A stretch of 64,000 bases of DNA from Scyliorhinus canicula (lineage: Eukaryota). The stretch covers positions 46,081,382 through 46,145,381 of the forward strand of contig NC_052153.1 of NCBI RefSeq assembly GCF_902713615.1. Reading direction: 5' to 3'. The number at the start of each line of letters is the position of its first letter. The first letter of the stretch is position 1. A program made the translations under genes and the position numbers. This document shows positions 62,956 to 64,000 of this stretch, piece after piece. The notes beneath the pieces were generated by a model. The model had not been told where the DNA came from. It did no database searches and worked only from the letters and a program-made list of their open reading frames with translations.

Positions 62956-63610
62956 AAGGGCATGTGTGTTCACGCACTTGCGGGCTCTGAAGGCGAACGT
63001 AATTATGTTGCAGGAGACACATCTGAAAGTGTCTGACCAGACTAGGCTAAGGAAAGGCTGGATCAGCCAGGTCTTCCACTCGGACTTGGATTCTAAGTCC
63101 AGGAGGGTAGCAATTATGATCAATAAGCGGGTTCAATTTGAGGCGGAGGGCGTAGTCGCAGACGGCGGGGGCAGATTCCTTATGGTAAGGGGCAAGCTAG
63201 AGGGGAGGAGAGTGATGCTGGTGAACATATTTGCTCCGAACTGGAACGACGTTGACTTTATCAAAAGAGTGCTAGGGAAGATCCCGGACCTAGACTCACG
63301 TAAGGTGATAATGGCGGGGGGAACTTTAATACGGTCCTTGACCCGAGCTGGACCGGTCATGTCCCAGAACGGGTCGGCTCCCAGCAATGGCAAGGGAGCT
63401 GAAAGTGTTCATGGAGCAAATGGGGGCAGTGGACCCATGGAGAGCCAGACAGCTGACGGGAAGGGATACACGTTTTACTCGCATGTTCATAAAGTATATT
63501 CTAGGATTGATTTTTTTAGCTTGAGCAGGGACTGCAGGGGAGGTAAAGAATACGGAATACTCGGCAATCACTATCTTGGACCATGCCCCGCATTGGGTGG
63601 ACCTGCAGGT

Positions 63611-63647
<37 letters not shown>

Positions 63648-64000
63648 GAATTACCAACGCCCGCAATGGAGGTTAGACGTAGGATTGTTGTCGGAGGAGG
63701 GGATATGTGAGAGACTGCGGAAGTGTACGCACAATTACCTGCAGGTGAACAATACGGGGGAGGTTTCAGCAGCGACCCTGTGGGAGGCGCTGAAGGCAGT
63801 CGTGAGGGGGGAGCTGATCTCAATTCGGGCTCACAGGGTCAGGGAGGACAGAGCAGAAATGGACAGATTGGTTAGGGAGATTTACCGGATAGACGAGGAG
63901 CATGCGGGGTCCCCGGGGGAGGACCTACTCAGGGAGAGACGGAGATTGCAGGCGGAACTGGGGGTGCTATCCACGAGTAGGGCCGTGGAACAACTTAGCA
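62955..64000 (+). mobile_element. L1/Tx1 LINE ORF2 AP endonuclease region (runs off window)
   Basis: LQETHL, GRFLMVRG, LVNIFAPN, YTFYSHVHKVYSRIDFF; frameshifted. Confidence 0.9.

Overview
Repeat-dominated vertebrate DNA, almost certainly from a shark (elasmobranch; probably a catshark, inferred from HE1-type SINEs, CR1 LINEs and GGGCGGGATTCTCC-type MITEs). Most of the window is nested, decayed transposable elements: HE1/tRNA/Deu/LF-like SINEs, CR1, Rex1-like, L1/Tx1 and Vingi LINE fragments, PIF/Harbinger remnants and MITEs, a Tigger/pogo-like element, a Penelope repeat with a degenerate hammerhead core, several solo LTRs, an internally deleted Mag-type Gypsy (29886-32875, TSD CTCCC) and a near full-length Gmr1-type Gypsy with SCAN-like gag and integrase before RT (53264-59593, TSD TTAT). 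I found no intact autonomous element and no host gene I can name. Unique segments carry splice signals suggesting (a) a small minus-strand multi-exon gene starting near 27.3 kb and (b) exons or 3' ends of a plus-strand gene (15.5-19.7 kb and 49.3-51.4 kb), including an interrupted regulin-like transmembrane micro-ORF. Local inverted duplications recur in four unrelated elements. There is a 100-N gap at 14849-14948. Family calls are by eye from recalled consensus motifs, and boundaries of old elements are approximate.
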